Shown here: positions 34,034-36,206 of the stretch, piece after piece
How positions within the stretch are numbered: the stretch's first letter is position 1
How the letters are laid out: each line of letters starts with the position of its first letter
Source of the DNA: Octopus bimaculoides
Lineage: Eukaryota
NCBI RefSeq assembly: GCF_001194135.2
Contig: NC_068989.1
Location: forward strand, 91,085,786-91,121,991
Direction of reading: 5' to 3'
Length of the DNA: 36,206 nucleotides
Notes under the pieces: generated by a model
Database searches by the model: none
Told to the model about the DNA's origin: nothing
The model's input: the letters and a program-made list of their open reading frames with translations, nothing else
Made by a program: the position numbers and the translations under genes

Positions 34034-34105
34034 CGCAGTTTAGCTCAGTGGTAAAGCACTTGACGCGTAATCAGAAGAGTGTGACTTCGAGTCTCATGGA
34101 TGGCC
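34034..34105 (+). pseudogene. tRNA-Thr(CGT)-like pseudogene
   Basis: 72 nt with TAGCTCAGTGGTAAAGC (A box/D arm), anticodon arm CTTGA-CGCGTAA-TCAGA and T arm GTGAC-TTCGAGT-CTCAT. The acceptor stem mostly mispairs, position 33 is G rather than U, and D and T stems each have a mismatch. Confidence 0.65.
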
Positions 34106-34670
34106 GTCGACAGATTTTCCTGCAAAATATGGATAGTTTATCCTGTTCATGCTATTGTATTAGCATTATCGTGTGTTTGAGAATAATGCGTATATACTTG
34201 TATATAGTTCCTCTTTTGTAAACCACTATTTTATGAGTTTCGATTCTAATTTTAAAGGCTGAATTTGCTGTTGGATTTGTAAATATAATCCTATATACAA
34301 AACCATCGAGACGTATTATTTATATATTTATTACATTTATATTTTGTTTTATTTAGCATTTGTTACTTTTTAAATACTGTAATTTAGCCCCAAAAGACAT
34401 CGTCTCCAGCAGGCTATACGACGACGTGATCTGTGTCCTTATATTTTCGAACAAGGGAATCTGGCACCCCAACTCAGCTCAAAACAATATCTGTGTATCA
34501 CGATTTCTCCTGGGGTTAAATGACAGCAACATTAGTCCTAAACCAGGACTGCCATGTTATGTTGGCAAACAATCTTTATAACAAAGAACTGTAGCAGTAT
34601 ATCTCACGTTGTGAGATTTAAAAATAGTAATTTTCTAATTCAAGAGTTGTAATAAAAAGTAAACGTGCCA

Positions 34671-34777
34671 CTCTGGCAGAATCGTTGCCATGTCGGACAA
34701 AATATTTAGCGGCATTTCTTCCGGCTCAGCTTTAGGTTTTCTCACTTCGGAGTCAATAAAATAAAGTACCAGTCAAC
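34671..34777 (+). mobile_element. Degenerate SINE type B with internal deletion
   Basis: CTGGCAGAATCGTTGCC...AAAATATTTAGCGGCATTTC...TCGGAGTCAATAAAATAAAGTACCAG. Confidence 0.65.
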
Positions 34778-35949
34778 TTGTCGTCTTGAGGCCTTGCTGG
34801 TCTTGAAGCCTGCAACAGACTGCGGTTCAGGCGGAATGTGACCTCGTTCACTTATCCACCATGGAAACCGAGTAACCGATTATACGAGTCCTAGCGATCA
34901 GGAGAAATCAATACAATATTGTATCATTAGATATCACAGAAAAATATAATTCGTTGAGAGAAATGTTTTAATATTTTTAGTTTTTGGCAAATTTAGTGAG
35001 TTTTATATCTTGGTATTGCAGGCAGATTATTTTTGCAAAGTCCGTTGCGTGTACACCTATATAAGTTCGGCGTTTCATTGTTGACTCGCCTGTCATAAGC
35101 TCATCATAACTGGACTACGTTGTCGTGTTACATCAAGGAACACAGAGACACAGAACGGAGGGAAATAGAAAAAGACAACAGATACAAGAAAATATAAAGT
35201 AACCAGAAGAAAATAAAATTGCCTTGTATCATATATCTCAGCAAATTAACTTACTAAGGAGACGACTGAAAGCAAATATACGTCATAACATATTAATCCG
35301 CAGGCTTGGTTAAACGATTCTATATTAGTGAATTTCTTATTCTATTTTCCTTGCTTATTATTTCATTCTATCTACTTTACTCACAATCTTAGTCTGTCTC
35401 TTTCACCTTCTCGCGTACACATACGTGCCAGTCCGTCAGTTGCCTACGCATACATATCTGTAGATTACATAAGTCGATATCTCAGTCATTTGCTACTATG
35501 GCAAGTCTTTTGGCGCACCCTTTAATTGTCACGTAATCTCCATTATCACAAACTTGATTTTGGTGTCGATCAGAATATCCTTTGTCACAAGACCTTGTTA
35601 ATCGGACAGGGGATACTGACGAAATTATACGACTGTATTTTTTATTGGCAATTTTGTGTCAGTCTCAAATTTTGCAGCGTTCGCTATTCGGTAATTTGCT
35701 GCTGCAGGAACTTCATTTGTCAAATTTGAAAAAAAAAACACAAAAAAAATAATAACGAAAAAAGTGAAAACTCTATTGTACTTTCATGATAACCAGAAAA
35801 AAATTTGACAAAGTTCTTCGAAATTTCGAATCTTCGCTCTCAAACTAACGGACATTACTAATAATTTGACTAAGGCTCGTTTTTATTCCAGACACAATTT
35901 ATATGGGTAGCGACTTACTACCAATGAACTTAGGTATCCTGAAGTTTTC

Positions 35950-35950
<1 letters not shown>

Positions 35951-36018
<68 letters not shown>

Positions 36019-36080
36019 TCTTTCAGTTTTGTTTCCATTTCTTGTCGAGTGCCTTCCCGACACCCAGGGCAAAGAAACTC
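35951..36080 (-). mobile_element. (ATT)n tract, possibly the tail of an adjacent reverse-oriented retroposon 3' end
   Basis: (ATT)n at 35951-36013 is directly visible. The adjacent CCATTTCTTGTCGAGTGCCTTCCCGACAC resembles a recurrent retroposon end (recalled, unverified). Confidence 0.4.
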
Positions 36081-36206
36081 ATTGCATACATTGATAGGCC
36101 AGTAAAATAATCACGCTAGATTGTGCATTTATAAATTCGGTTTAAGTGATAGAAAAAAAAAAGAAAGAATAAAGGAAAAAAAGAATATAGTAAATTGAAA
36201 GAAAGG

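Noticed and set aside
35716-35812. 12-bp inverted repeat TTTGTCAAATTT/AAATTTGACAAA
   Set aside because: AT-rich and short, with no target-site duplication; plausible by chance.
1-36206. CRISPR array, rRNA, functional tRNA or spliced host exons
   Set aside because: No repeat-spacer periodicity, no rRNA-like sequence, the only full-length tRNA-like unit is broken, and no exon with credible protein similarity was seen. Small exons or exons within gaps cannot be excluded.

Overview
Repeat-rich eukaryotic non-coding DNA from a gapped draft assembly (11 N-gaps, roughly 13% of the window). The tRNA-derived SINE families and microsatellite load resemble an Octopus/coleoid cephalopod genome; this is an inference from recalled repeat families, not a database result. 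No intact host protein-coding gene is supportable, and all long ORFs in the track are artefacts of N-runs or microsatellites. Recognisable content: many SINE copies of at least four types, two decayed Tc1/mariner (DD37D-like) transposons, a CR1/L2-type endonuclease pseudogene, RTE-type remnants, a Penelope-like GIY-YIG C-terminus and a tRNA-Thr(CGT)-like pseudogene. The most notable observation is a set of hammerhead-ribozyme-like motifs between about 20.4 and 30.5 kb. Two have intact catalytic cores (28095-28179 on +, 29651-29690 on -). One is a tandem pair, and one two-copy family has a non-canonical core. All have palindromic stem III, as expected for Penelope-type hammerheads that work as dimers. 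Activity and novelty are untested.
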